A stretch of 64,000 nt of DNA from Camelus dromedarius. Taxonomy: Eukaryota. Of the stretch, positions 26,078 through 39,000 are shown one piece after another. The DNA lies in NCBI RefSeq assembly GCF_036321535.1, contig NC_087436.1:62064001-62128000 (forward strand), given 5' to 3'. Each line of letters begins with the position of its first letter. Position 1 is the first letter of the stretch. Under the pieces are notes generated by a model. The model saw nothing but the letters and a program-made list of their open reading frames with translations. It did no database searches and was not told where the DNA came from. The translations under genes and the position numbers were made by a program.

Positions 26078-28749
26078 GACCGAATTTTAGTAGAGTTGAG
26101 GGCTACCGGAATTTTGGATCTATCACTGAGTTTGTCTTCTCTAATACATGGGAAAAGTGAAGATAGATGTAAGAATCATGTATGCTCAGCATATGAGGCA
26201 AAATAATAAATACATAAATAAATACAACAAAACACATAAACAAATTTACAGACAGTTAATAGTCAACATATAGATTTCCAGGTATTCATCTAAACCATAC
26301 TTCCATCAACACATGCTGAGTACATACAAGGCTGTCATGAAAGCCATAAACAAACAAATTATTTTTTTGCATATGACATAATGTAAACAAATTTTGTCCT
26401 GGTATGATGAGAGCTGTATCCAGTAAAGAAGGCTAACATGCAGAGAGCTTAAAGTTCCAGACTTGTTTTGTTTTAGTCATCTGCTTCTAAATGTGTAATT
26501 TCAGGTTTATATGAAGTGTGTCTAAAATGTAGTGCCAAGATGCATTGCTCTTACTACCTCAGACGAGAACAGTGAAAAATATAGTTTGCCATTTTAGAGA
26601 AAGAAATACTCTCAGGCTTTACCTCATATTTCAGCTTCTGGACAAGAAGGAGTTATTTCTGCTTAAACTTTTGTCATCTTCTAAACTGAGAGGAGCAGAG
26701 GGGAGGAGAATAAACACTTCTCTTTCCACCCTCTTACTACCTCCATGAAAGGGAGAAAGAGATTGCTATTCTTATGGCTCAAGCAGTACGAATCAGACTT
26801 TCTTTAATAGCTATTGAAAGATGCTGTGCATCCTTAAGGACCCCCCACCCTATTTTTTAAGCTTTCCTTTTTCCTTAGGCAAGCCAGTAAGAACATAATT
26901 GTCGGGGCCTACACCTGGCAGCTCCAGGGTTAAGATCTTACGCATCCCTGCAGGTATGCTGCTGTATGGAGCAGAGCCTCTGCTTCCGGTCTGAAGACAG
27001 AGCTACATCTCTTTAGCATTCCAAACATGAGTCTCAATAATTTGCTTTGTAGAGGAAGTTAGAAAAAACTGATTCGTCCTTTCCTAAGTTTTACTCACCA
27101 GTTCATCCTTTATTAAAGTATGGCCTTGTGATCTGATGCATTTTTCTTACTACTAATCAAATACCCATTTTTCCCCCATTTGGCGATTGGCCAGATTGAA
27201 GGGGATCAGATTACTCATTCACTTTTGTGAATGGGTGATTTACTCTTTTTTGTATGATAGATTATTAGTCCCAATTTGTTAGCTTTCATTGCATCCATAG
27301 GAGCACATAATCAGAACTGTTAATGTAACATTTTATATTTTTAATAGGTTGATTGATAAATAGATTTAGCAAATATTTAAAGACTTAAAGTAGTGATCTT
27401 TTTAAAGATTTTTTTTTTCCTTCCACCAAGTTCTTATTTTGAATCTCCCCTCATTGTTTCCATATGGGAAATAGTTTACCCAGAACTAGGGTTTCCTTAC
27501 TGGTTAAGTGGCAGCATCTTCAAAACCACTGATCGATGTAAGACATAGCCTGGCATTGATTAGTAAAAGAGCAACATTAGATGGTGAGAGGATATTAGAA
27601 ACAAACTAAGAAAAGCCCTGAAAGAAATCTAAGCCGTCTGTGTTGGGAAGCAGTAAGGCTCCTTGAATAAAAGAGAAGAAAGGAAAGAAGAAAGAGAAAA
27701 AGAAGGAAGAAGTAGAAGATAGGATAAAATGTCAGAGAGGCACAGCTTATAGGCCGCAGTGGTGAAACCAGACATTGGAAGCAAAGGCTAGTCTTTTAAT
27801 TGGGTCACTCAAAAAAGTTCTCGTGTGTTGTCTTTATTAATTATCTACATGAATTTATAAGAATGGGCTGTTCTAATTGTCCTTTTTTCCCCAAACTAAT
27901 ATTTTCTTATTTTATTTTTTAAAATATTATTTTATTTGGAAGCAATAGAACAGGGCAGTTAATAGAAAATAGCCTTTGTGAGTATTTTATAGAAATAAGG
28001 GATTTACATTTCATCATTTAAAAATATTTCTAAGTTAAAAGTTAGGAGATGAAACAGATGAACTTAGCTGGGTGGATTTTTCATTCAGCAATGGATTTAG
28101 TGTATAACACATGCTGTGACCTTTGAATTAAAAATGGAAAACTTAATTTGTTTATATGAATAAAAACAGTAATTCTGTTCTGAAGCATAAAGAAAGGCAT
28201 TGCCTGAGTTCAACTTTAGAATTATGAAAGAGGTTGGCTAAAATTTATGATTCTGAAATATTCTGTGCCACTGTCCTAGTTCTTTATTAAATTTTATTTT
28301 CATATCTCGTTGCATGGATAATCCATATGTCATACTTTTAAAATAAAAGGAAATAGCATATGAACTAAGAAAGCTGAAACTGGTTGGGTATGTTTAAAGA
28401 CTAGTTAGTAATGAAAACCCTGAATAACTTACAATACAATAATATTTTATTTTGCCTTTTGATGTCTTCCACACATGTGCAAGAGATTGATTTTTGTGTT
28501 TGAACTTTAGTTTTTTGAATGAAATGTTATTTTATTTTTCTACCTGCATTTTTATGACTGTTCATTAAAAGATAGCCTTTCATTAACCATATAACTTTTC
28601 TTCGTTCTATGTCAATGGATAATGAAATTCATACTTTTGAAGTAAGAAACTGCCTATATGTTATTCTAGACGGTAGAGCCTCAAAGGCAGGCTTTCTCTC
28701 TGTGCCTTTTGTTTACTTTCCACCAGTGCTTGGTTAAGTTAGGCTCTGA

Positions 28750-29075
28750 ATGGGAGGCAGTTTATGAGGGGGCTCCCATGATCCCCACCTGCTGGTGTTC
28801 ACATACTTGTATCATGTTATATCCTTGAGTGTGGCCAGGCTTATGGCTTGGTTCTAAATGTAAAATACCACAAGGGTGACAGATTCCATTCCCATTATTA
28901 CATTATGTTACGTAAGACTCTTGTCTTGCTAGCTGACCCCATCTAGAGACGGTCTCTTTCATATCTGGCTTTTAAGAAGCAGCTGCCAGGAATCCTTGAG
29001 ATACAAGAAACTGAATAAAGCCAACGACATAAGAAGGGAAGTGGATACTTCCCTAGTCCAGCCTCTGTTGAAATG
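28750..29075 (+). mobile_element. MaLR LTR, MLT1F/E-like (5' part, truncated)
   Basis: ggctcccatgatccccacctgctggtgttcaca..ccttgagtgtgg..taagactcttgtcttgctagc..ggaagtggatacttccctagtccagcctc. Confidence 0.8.
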
Positions 29076-29670
29076 TATTTGAGATATAGCATTATGTAAA
29101 TTTAAAGTGTACAAGATGTTAATTTGGAGCATTTATATATTATAATATGATTGCAATTGTAGCTATAGTTAGCACTTCTGTCACATCATGTAATTTATCA
29201 TTTTTTTGCAATTGGGATAATTAAGATTTAGTATTTTAGCAAGTTTGATGATCATAATACAATATTGTTGTCTATGTTCACTATGCTGAGCATTAGACCT
29301 CTAAGACTTACTACTCCTTTCAAGTTTGTAACCTTAAACAACATCTCTCCTATTTACCCTCCACCCAATGCCTTGTAAACACCATTTTACTTTGTTTTTA
29401 TGAGTTTGGCTTCTTAGATTCCACATATAAGTGATATCATACAGTGTTTGTCTTTCTGTGTCTGATATCTCAGCATAGTATCCTTAGGCTCATGCATGTT
29501 GTCACAAATGGCAGGATTTCCTTCTTTCTCATGGCTGAATAGTATTCTGTCATGTATATATACACACATCATATATATATGGTGAGTGTATATATACATG
29601 ACAGAATATTATTCAGTTCATTCACCCCTTGATGGGCATTTAGGTTGTTTCCATATCTCTGTTATTATAA
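29076..29670 (-). mobile_element. L1MA-type 3' end
   Basis: ttagattccacatataagtgatatcatacagtgtttgtctttctgtgtctg..catgttgtcacaaatggcaggatttccttctttctcatggctgaatagtattc. Confidence 0.85.
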
Positions 29671-29674
29671 TTAT

Positions 29675-29935
29675 AGATATATGCCATTAGGCATTTATCC
29701 AAATACATGCAGTGAACAGCACCAAAAGTGAATGAGGTTAAACTATGTATGGACTTTGGGTGATTATGATGTCTCGATGTAGGTTTCTCCTTGGTAACAA
29801 ATGTATCATTCTGATGAGTGATGTTGATAATAAGGAGGCTACACATGTGTTGAGAAAAAATATATGGAAAAATCTCTGTACCTTCCCCTTAATTTAGCTG
29901 TGACCTAAAATTGCTCTAAAAAATAAAATGTTAAC
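29675..29935 (+). mobile_element. L1MC1/L1MC2-like 3' end
   Basis: tatggactttgggtgattatgatgtc..gtaacaaatgtatcattctg..gatgttgataat..aatctctgtacct..cctaaaattgctctaaaaaataaa. Confidence 0.85.
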
Positions 29936-30742
29936 AAAATTTTTTAAAATTGATATTAAAACATTTTAAAATAATTTCTTAATCTGTTTTAAATATTAGA
30001 ATAGATTTTATCTATAACAACATCTAAGGTAAAACAATGTAGTGTGTAGAATTTATGTATTTAAAACTAACAAAGACATTGGCAAACTATTTTGAAAATT
30101 TATAAGGGCTTGTAAAATTTCTTATTACAAAAATCAATAATAATAAGTCATTTTATATAGATCCATCCCTTCTTTTTCTTTTATGAAAATAGCACAGTGT
30201 TTGTACATTAGTGGTTTTCTCCTGTGTTTGCAGTCAACACAACAACAATAAAAACACTTGAATTAATTAAAACATGGGAGCGGTAATGGTATACCAAAAA
30301 TCATTTTCTTAATTCTGTTAGAAAGTCACTGGTGTTTGCTTGTGACTAAAAAGAACAATTTTTTATTCCGGGAAAAAACTGGTCATTAACATTGCTTTGT
30401 AAGCCCACTGAATTGATTCTGTGCAATACTAGTATCTGCTCAACTATAAAAATAGGCTTGTGATTTTGAAAAAACAGTATTTTAACTGAACTTAAGTGCT
30501 TTGGAAAAAGTGTTTCCAACAGTGTTGTTTCTTGTAACCTGTTTCTAGTCTGACAGAACTGAATGCTGTCTAAAATAATCATTAGTCCTTGTGGAATAAG
30601 CAAATGCAAACAATGACATTGATCACCACAACAAAAATGCTGGATTTACTGTGCATAGATACTGGATAATTAGCTGTGATTTTACTGTTGGTGAAAACAT
30701 TATTTAATGAGTTTGAAGTGTTTGCCTCTGAAAATCTAAAAT

Positions 30743-30743
<1 letters not shown>

Positions 30744-30769
<26 letters not shown>
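30744..30769. repeat. (CA)n microsatellite
   Basis: Direct reading. Confidence 0.95.
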
Positions 30770-30773
<4 letters not shown>

Positions 30774-33700
30774 TGTACTCTTTGGTAGTCTACAGTCAGG
30801 CTACATCCAATGAAAGAAAACTAAAATGAACTGCCAAAATCACATTGACAAATTCAGTTATGCCTTTTGGAAACAAATAAGTACAGATAAGTTATTTAGG
30901 TTCCAGAGTCTATGGTCCTTGATGTTGAAAAACATATCAACATGACAGGTAAGAAGAGAGAGATTAGTTGAAAAAAAATATTTTTAAGTAGAATAAGCAT
31001 GTTACTTTCAGATTTATTTTAAAAATAAAATGTGAAATGTAAGCAAATTGGAGTTTCCCATTTTAGGAGACAGCCATGAAGGTATTCTGTGTAAAATTAA
31101 GTATATCTTGGAATATAAAACTTTTTACTTTATATGAAATACATTTAAGAAGGCTACTTAATCTGAATGGTAGAGGGCTCTAAAAACAGTGCATAAAATA
31201 AGACAGGACACTTCTTAATAAAAAGCTTATAAGAAAAATATAAATGGTGGCAAAGAGGAAAATTGTCTCCCAATATGCTCTGTCCTTACTGAAAATTTTC
31301 TGTTAAGGGGATGAAACCTGGTCCAGTGCACGATAAAGTACTGCAGTGAATTACAAATACAAGCCAACATCATAAAAGCAGGTTATTAATGAGAATTTTA
31401 CAGTTTGAAAAGAGAAGGAATGTTTATCCTTCAAAGAAAGGAAAGAAAACAGATCATTCAACAGATGATGTTTTCAGCTAATTAGAAGTTAAAATTGCTA
31501 TCACTTAGAAGGATGTTGTGAAATGAAATTTTTAAAAAGGAAAGGAATGCCATGGACTGGAAAGACTAAGAATAAGGTATAATGTCGTTAAAGTTAAAAA
31601 AAAATAAGTTGAAGTAATTTCAAATGTTTGATTTATAGAGCACAATTTTAAAAGGGGCTCTATATGAAGACATGGTTCAGCCATAAACAGTTTTCACTGT
31701 GAATCGGAAGAGGATCATATCCCTAGGGCATGATTACGGTATGGTACATATTTTCTTTACAAAATAATTATTTTGGGCAAACATAAAAAAGAATTGCTCT
31801 AAAAAGAAAGCTAAAAAGCAAGCTAGACTAAAAGTTAAATCACAGCAGATATAAAAGAGGTAAAATGAAAATCTACATGGAAAGCCCCAAATATATGATT
31901 TCTTTCCTTTTCAATGAGTTATCAATAACATGTAATAAAAGTCAAACATTTTACAATATCTTGGTCTGCATTTATATATTCTCATTTATGAGTTGGTTTT
32001 GGGGACCTCCATTCTTCTGCAATTATTAGAAAAATAGTATTTGCTACAAATTCTATTCCAATCAGAATATTTCTTATGGCAATATAAACTCTTTAAATTG
32101 AATTTTCAAAGATATTTTCAAGGAGCAAGCAATATAAACTATTCTGTTGCCACCTGGAAACTTTTAGGATAATGGGTCTTTTTTCATAACTTCAGCAAAA
32201 TTTGTGTTTATCCAATCCAGCTTTGTGCTATTTCTGATCAAATGAGTTCTAAATCCATTATAAGAGGAACATCATTATAATGAATAGTGCACTACACTGA
32301 AAGTATTTTAGGATCCTAGATAATGGCCAAGAATAACACCACTTTTAAAAATCGTTTAGAATGAAAATCATTGTCAAAGTTATTCAGTACAGTAAATTCT
32401 TTCTTTCTCAGTCCTTCTTCATCTCTTCCTAAAGTTAAAAATAAAAGGCAGCCGAAACCTTGATTAGGCATCTTAGCACAAATTCAAGGAGGGCATAACC
32501 CTGACTCGTTGTCACTAGAATGAGATTTGACCTGCGTATGTTCTAAATATTCTCTTCTCACAGGGGAGCCCATATTCTATAGACTAAGAAGAGAGACTCC
32601 TTGCTTCCTGTTCCCCTCCTATATATTCTTTCTAAACAAGATCTGAACACCTTCCAATAGCAGGCCATTTTGTCCCAGTTACAATTCTACCTGCTATTCA
32701 GGGCTGGTGCCCCAGAAAGATGAGTAAGGCAATGTGATATAATGTGGCTTACAGATTATCACTTAATGGGTCAAATACAGTTATAGGGAAGGTTCTTCAC
32801 AAGACAGTCTTTTGAACCATCCTCTGTTCCCTCTATGCCAAGGCAGAATTGTGCTCCAACTTTGCCAAATTTTAGTCTCTGACTGCCAAATGCTCTCTTA
32901 ACCCCTTGTGTTCTTTCACGTACTGCTCCTCCCAATTGTCTATTCAAGTTACACTTCTCTCTCTCACTCAGACTCTCTGCTGCTTTGACTTATGTAAAAG
33001 TTTCTTTTAATACACGTTATACTATTTAATACGTGAAAAATAAATGTGATATTTTGTACTCTATTAAGCATTGCACTAATGAACTATCATCAATAAAGCA
33101 CTCAAAATGGAATTTTGTCATCCCAGCAGCAGCAGTGTTTTTCTTCTAACCTATACATAGTATAATCAGTTAGCTTAAGGTGGGTGGGGGGGAATTGAAG
33201 ATGGCCCTCAAGTATTAGTATTTTAGCCTAAAGCCATGAAATATAGCAAATTTTATTTAATTTCTTATTTTTCCTATGCCCTTTAATCTCATCAAATAAA
33301 TCCCTCTTCCATGTTATATTAACCTACTTATTCAACAAATTGGAAACCCAAATGAAAAATAAGTTACCAATATAAGGATTCTTAATAAATACTTGAGAGT
33401 TTCCAAATCCTTAATTTATAAACTGGGTAATTCTAATCTTGAAAATTAATTCAATGTTTATGCCAATGGGCAACACTTTTATAAACAAATAATCATACAT
33501 ATTTATTTGAATAATTACATTTAAATGATTGGATTATCAGTTAAAATATTTTACATGTTTAAAATTTGTGAAAAAGCTTGTTTTTCTTAAAGCATTTTAT
33601 AAAGAAAATCTAAGAAAAACATTCCTTGGATATAACGATGAGCAGTCAGTGATAAATTCTTGTTTCTAGTGAGATCATTTCTTTGTACCTTTGCTTTCAG

Positions 33701-35442
33701 TTGTAGAGAGCAACTAATAGTTATGTACGGCAGAGTCTGTAGCTCTTCACTGCTCTGTGGTGCTAATTAAAACGGACACGTTGTAACACTGGACTGAAAG
33801 CCTAATGTTTGTGGATCATGAATAATGATTAACCGAAAGAAAACAGCTTTTTGGTATCCATTAGACTTCATCATCAGTATCTACGCAACCCCTTCCTGAT
33901 TGCCATATATACATACACTGGGTTTGCCTTTTTCTACATCTGTCTAATGCCTGGGATAGTAAATATCTTTTTGAAGGAAAATCAAGTATTATTTTGTTTT
34001 TGAAAATTCTGATTTCCTATCACAGATTGCTAACAAGGTTTGCAGAAGAAGAACAAAATCAGTGAAAACATTTGCTGGTAATTAAGGATTAATTTTTATG
34101 TTCCTCGATTTTGGGGGGAGTGGTGACAGCAATAACTGCTATTAATGATGATACAGAGAAAACATCAGTGTTCCCACCACTTCTCTGCAGGACTAAGAAG
34201 CCAACAATGTGGTGGGAAAGAAAGAGGGTATTTTTAAATGATAATTTATTTTTATTTTTAATTCTGAATTTATAACCAACCAAGGTGGTTATTGTTGTTG
34301 CCGCTTCTGTAGGTTTAATTCTTACTCCAATTTTAGTCCTCCATCAAATATCTGAACACTCACTAAGTTGCACTGAATCAGCCACATTTTAATCACTTTT
34401 ATCTTGCGCGCTTGTAAAGCTTTGTATTCAAAGTTTTTTATTCCCACTTGTTCTCTGGCCTCTTCATTGGTGTCCTGGTAAATGTAAGTCAAACTGTAAA
34501 GTGACTCTAACTTCACTATGACTGATCTTCCTTAATAGCTATTTCCCCGTTAAGTGGACATTTTGGGGTAGGGTAGATGGTAAAACAATATTCCATCTCT
34601 CCTCTGAGCCTGTAAAATTCCTATTCTGTGTAAAAGGGAGAATTAAGAGAATGTGTATCTTTTCATATCCGAATGTATATTTCTTAATATTTTGATTACT
34701 TATAAATTATTTTGATAAGCATCATGAACATTCCCAATATAAACACAAACTGACATCTGGAAAATATAATTTATTTTTTCTTTAAGATGGAGTACAGTGA
34801 TTAAGGTAGATGGGGTTCATGGGTAAGGGTGATTTTCCTTCATGGATCAAATTTGTTCAGAAATCAGGTACAATAGAGGAATTTCATTGATTGGTATAGT
34901 GACATTTAGGGTGACTTGTTATGAAAGAAAGCCAGTATCACTACTTCAAAATAATCTGTAAAATATCTATGGTTTTCCTTTAATTATTTTTCTTTTATTC
35001 ATTTCAAAGCTTTATGAATATAGAACATAGTACTTCTTTACAAGTTCTCATTATTTCTTTTAATCACATTGTGCAAACAGGTGCTTGTAGATTTTTTTGT
35101 TCCTCGCTTATGCAAGATGTTATCATCCTTTGTTGCTATTTTAATAAATCTGAATTCCTTTTCATCTTTCTTTCAAATACTCATTCCTAAGACCTCAGGT
35201 GTTTTAACAAGTTTCTTGCTATATTTGGCTCACCATCAACATATAATAGGTTTATTCTGTGTGATATTTGAACTGAATAAAATAAATTGATTTTGCAGTC
35301 CTAAAAGCTTTCTCAATATTAGTAGATAATATAACTGAAATTCTATAGGTGTAAATAAGGAGTATTTGCTAGTATTATGCTAAAAGTACAATCCAGTGAC
35401 AAAAGAGATGAAAAATGTAATCTAAAGATATTAATAAATATA

Positions 35443-35570
35443 TTTCTTTTTGCTTTTTTTTTGAGGGGGGAGGTAATTAGGTTTATTTATTTAGTGGAGG
35501 TACTGAGGATTGAACCCAGGACATTGTGCATGCTAAGCATGCGCTCTACCACAGAGATGTATCCTCCCCT
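35443..35570 (-). mobile_element. tRNA-Ala-derived SINE, Vic-1-like (camelid)
   Basis: Minus strand ggggaggatacatctctgtggtagagcgcatgcttagcatgcacaatgtcctgggttcaatcctcagtacctcca + taaataaataaacctaattacctccccc + A-rich tail; B-box GGTTCAATCC. Confidence 0.9.
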
Positions 35571-36884
35571 CTAATCAATGTTTTATTATTAAATAGAAAT
35601 CAGAAAGATACACCTGAGAGTATAATAATATTTTGGAAATGACATTAAAAAAAAAGATTTAAAGGACAGTTGTGTGATGTATAATTCTATAATTTCATAT
35701 TTATTAAGCCAGAGTTTGGCTTAATTTCCCTATTGGTCTACTGGTTTCCTTCTTTACTTCAATACTGAGTTTATTCTTCTCTCATGTGTAAAACCTGACC
35801 TCACAGGTATATCTCTCAAGAATCAGGTGTGCAGTTTCTCCCACTGGATTCTCATAACTTCACCTGCCACATCTAGGCTTGGGGATTTGACTCTGGCGTG
35901 AAAAGATATCTTATATGCATAAACTATTTAATCACTTTACGTAGTTTAACTGCTTTCCTTAGGGTGTAAAATATCAGTAGCAAAAACAAAGTCTCTAACT
36001 GGTTTTGCACACATTAAAAATAAATAAAATGCTAAGCATTCACTCTTTAAAAACCACTGTCCTTAGTTGTAATACTCCAGTGCATGTCCACTCACTCTTC
36101 CTTTTCTCTTAACAGCAATCATGCCATCTATATTTTTTGCTCTCTTTTCAAATTCTGCCTGTCCATTCAGGGGCTCTTTTTCACCCTATGATTTTATTAA
36201 CAGCATATTATTACATAAACAGGGTGTCTTTATTTTGTTAATTTTGTACAACCATAGATTTTTACACAGATGTTTAAAATAAAAGCAAAGCAACAAAGAA
36301 CAGTCATTCCTTCTTGGTAACTTCAAATGTTATTTTTTCAATATAAATGTTCCACAGTCATCTTTCAGCCAGAGTACGGGGGGCTGGGGCGGGGGGGCAG
36401 TCCAGTGACTTATGGGATAGGAGGCATTTTCATTTGAATCTCAAAAGATAGAGTATTTCAGCTGATATCTTCCTTATATTAATTTTTGTTGTAATTTGTA
36501 ACAAAAAAGTATATTCTAAGAAGCTAGTATTAATAAATATGGCAAATCAACATCAAATATGGCTAGAGTTTAACTTGTGGAGTCAGGAATCTGAGAATTA
36601 TACTCTCAAGCCTGTTCCTTTGCTCTGGGTAGCATATAGAAAATAGACATTATAGCAGAGTCAATCCCACGAGGTAATCCGTGATAAAGTAGGTCAGATA
36701 GATCTGGAAGATCACTGCAGGCCAAATATAACCACATGTATTGTGCATATTCACTTGGAAAAAAGCACATGGAAGTAGATACCCTCAGTAAAATCCTCTT
36801 TGTGAGTTCAAATAAACACATAAAAATGGTTGTCCTTATTACAAAAGGGTAATGGAGTCAACAGGTTTTGGACTTAAGCCAGAT

Positions 36885-37290
36885 AGATACATCAGTTAGG
36901 AAATGCCAAGTAATGTGACAGTAACAAACACCTCCCCTCCTCAGCACCCTCAGCTCTAGGGCAAACCTTTAGTTGCCTAAAACAGCAAAGGCTTATTTCT
37001 TATTTGCTATACATGTTATTCCCTCCAAATATCTATTCCATGTTGTCATCATTTTCAGCGTGGGACCCGGGATGTTGGAGGAGCCACAGTGCAGAATATA
37101 TCCACTTGTTCTGATAAACGTTATATAACAGAGGATGTTATAGAAACAAATGCCCAACCTAGAAATGACACACACTACTTTCTCCTCATAACTCGTTGAC
37201 TAGAATGATCACCTGGTCCCCCCAAAGTATAAGGGGACAGGGAACAATGTCATGCTACCAGATGACATCTAGCAAACAGCAGTGATAAGT
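36885..37290 (-). mobile_element. Old MaLR LTR (MLT1J/K-like)
   Basis: cagttagg..gtgacagtaacaaaca..aaacagcaaaggcttatttctt..ctagaaatgacacacactactt..gactagaa..cacctggtccc. Confidence 0.65.
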
Positions 37291-37934
37291 AACATAGTAG
37301 GCCAAGGTCTTTGTGTCCCTTATGGCCATTTATTTTTAGTAAAAGAGAACTATAATATCTACAATTCTAACAGCTTCTTTCATGGGAAATTTTACTTTTT
37401 TTTATGTTTCTATAAAAGATTTCTGTTTACTATTCATGTTTTAAAGATTGAAAAAAGGTATTTAAATATTTTTATAGACCTCCCATTTTCTGCCTTGTGT
37501 TAAAGAATAAAAGTAGTCAGCTGACTTCTTCCTTTAGAATATCATCCTGTACCCCTACACAAGTGAACTGTGTCAGTGGCTGGATTTCAGACAGGCAGAG
37601 ATTTGAAGATTTCCACCCTCAGACAGAGGGCAGGAAAATGCGAGCAGCATCTAGATGCCACTTGACACTGCCTTTGAAAAGGAACAAAAGAAGAATAAAA
37701 ATCATTTCAGATGTTTTCTGTCTCCTTCTACACTGGTATTTCTATCTTTTTTTTAAAAAATAGGCTAAATTAGAGCTTTGTAAAAAAGAGGTTAGAATTG
37801 TTTGATTCTGGGTTCGGTAGGATCGTATAGAAATTAAAATAGAAAGAGAATTACCTTTGCAATGTGAAGGTTTTATGCTTAATCCTGGATCAGACTACTT
37901 ATATGTCCTTAGGCAATTATTTATTCTTTCAGAG

Positions 37935-38195
37935 CAGGGGTTATAGCCTTAGGGGACAGATTCAGCTTGCTGCTTCTTTTTGTGTGACCTCAAGCTGTTA
38001 TTTTTTTAAATAGTTGAAAAAAATTTAATTAAAAATATGTGAAATTTAAATCTCAGTGTCCATAAATACAGTTTTGGAACACGCCATACAGCCATACTCA
38101 TGCGTCTATATATTGTCTATGGCTGCTTTTATGCTACAATGACAGAGCAGAGTAATTTCAACAGAGACCATGTGATCTGAAATTCTAAACTTTAA
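37935..38195 (+). mobile_element. MER58B (hAT-Charlie)
   Basis: tcagtgtccataaatacagttttggaacac..cagccatactcat..tattgtctatggctgcttttatgctacaatgacagag..aacagagacca. Confidence 0.85.
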
Positions 38196-38329
38196 ACTCT
38201 AGGTGATTATTCCACAGAAAATCTGAACAACAGAGGCACTGAGATTGGGGAAAGAAGTCACAAGATAGTATAGAGATAGATACCAGACTGAAAATGCGGG
38301 GCAAAATTACGTCCAAAAACTGATTTCAG

Positions 38330-39000
38330 AGAGATGATGGAAGATATTGCTCTGATGAAATAAGAAAGAAATCTTTATTAAAAGAAGCATATGAGAATAA
38401 GAAAGGACATTTGGTATCTGATAACACAAATAAAATGTTCTAAGATTAATACAAACATTGGAAGTTAAAGAAATTTTTACAGAAAATAAAAACATGGACA
38501 ATAAGAAGTAAGAGATAAGAAAACTGAAAGATAAAAACTGGAGATCCAACATCTGGTCTAATAAGAGTTGAATAAAAAAGACAACAGAGGTAAAGCTGGG
38601 TGTGAGATTTTTAAAAGCAATACAGTCAGCCCTCAGTATTTGCAGGTTCTGCCTCCGCCTCTGTGGATTCAGCCAACCGTGGTGGATTCCCAGTTGGTTG
38701 ACTCTGTGGACGCAGAGCCCGTGAATATGGAGGAACAACTGCATGAAACTTGAGCACCTGCAGATTTTGATGTCTGTGAGATGTCCTGGAACCAACCCCT
38801 GAAGATACCGAGGGTCAACTGGATATATTTTTTAAAGCAAATTTCCCACTAATTGAGGGATACGTGTCTCTGGATTGAAAACTACTATACTTTGAAACTT
38901 CAGAATATGAAGTACAAAGACAAGACCTAAATGCTCCCAAAGAGGGGAAAAAGTGATGTGTACAGTCATCTGATTGTTCAGTAGCAATACAGGAAACTCT
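38330..39000 (+). mobile_element. HAL1/L1 ORF1-like fragment, interrupted by a MER2-like MITE
   Basis: gagataagaaaactgaaagataaaaactggagatccaacatctggtctaataagagtt resumes after the insertion as aaatttcccactaattgagggatacgtgtctctggattgaaa. Confidence 0.7.
38623..38821 (-). mobile_element. MER2/Tigger3-like MITE (TcMar-Tigger), internally deleted
   Basis: TA then TIR cagtcagccctcagtat.. and ..ataccgagggtcaactg; acttgagcacctgcagattttg..gtcctggaaccaacccc. Confidence 0.8.

Noticed and set aside
34171..34218. 10-bp inverted repeat ttcccaccac / gtggtgggaa
   Set aside because: Short stem with a long spacer; within chance expectation
38307..38795. Longest ORF (162 aa, minus strand)
   Set aside because: Runs antisense through HAL1 and a MER2-like MITE; low-complexity F/L/S composition
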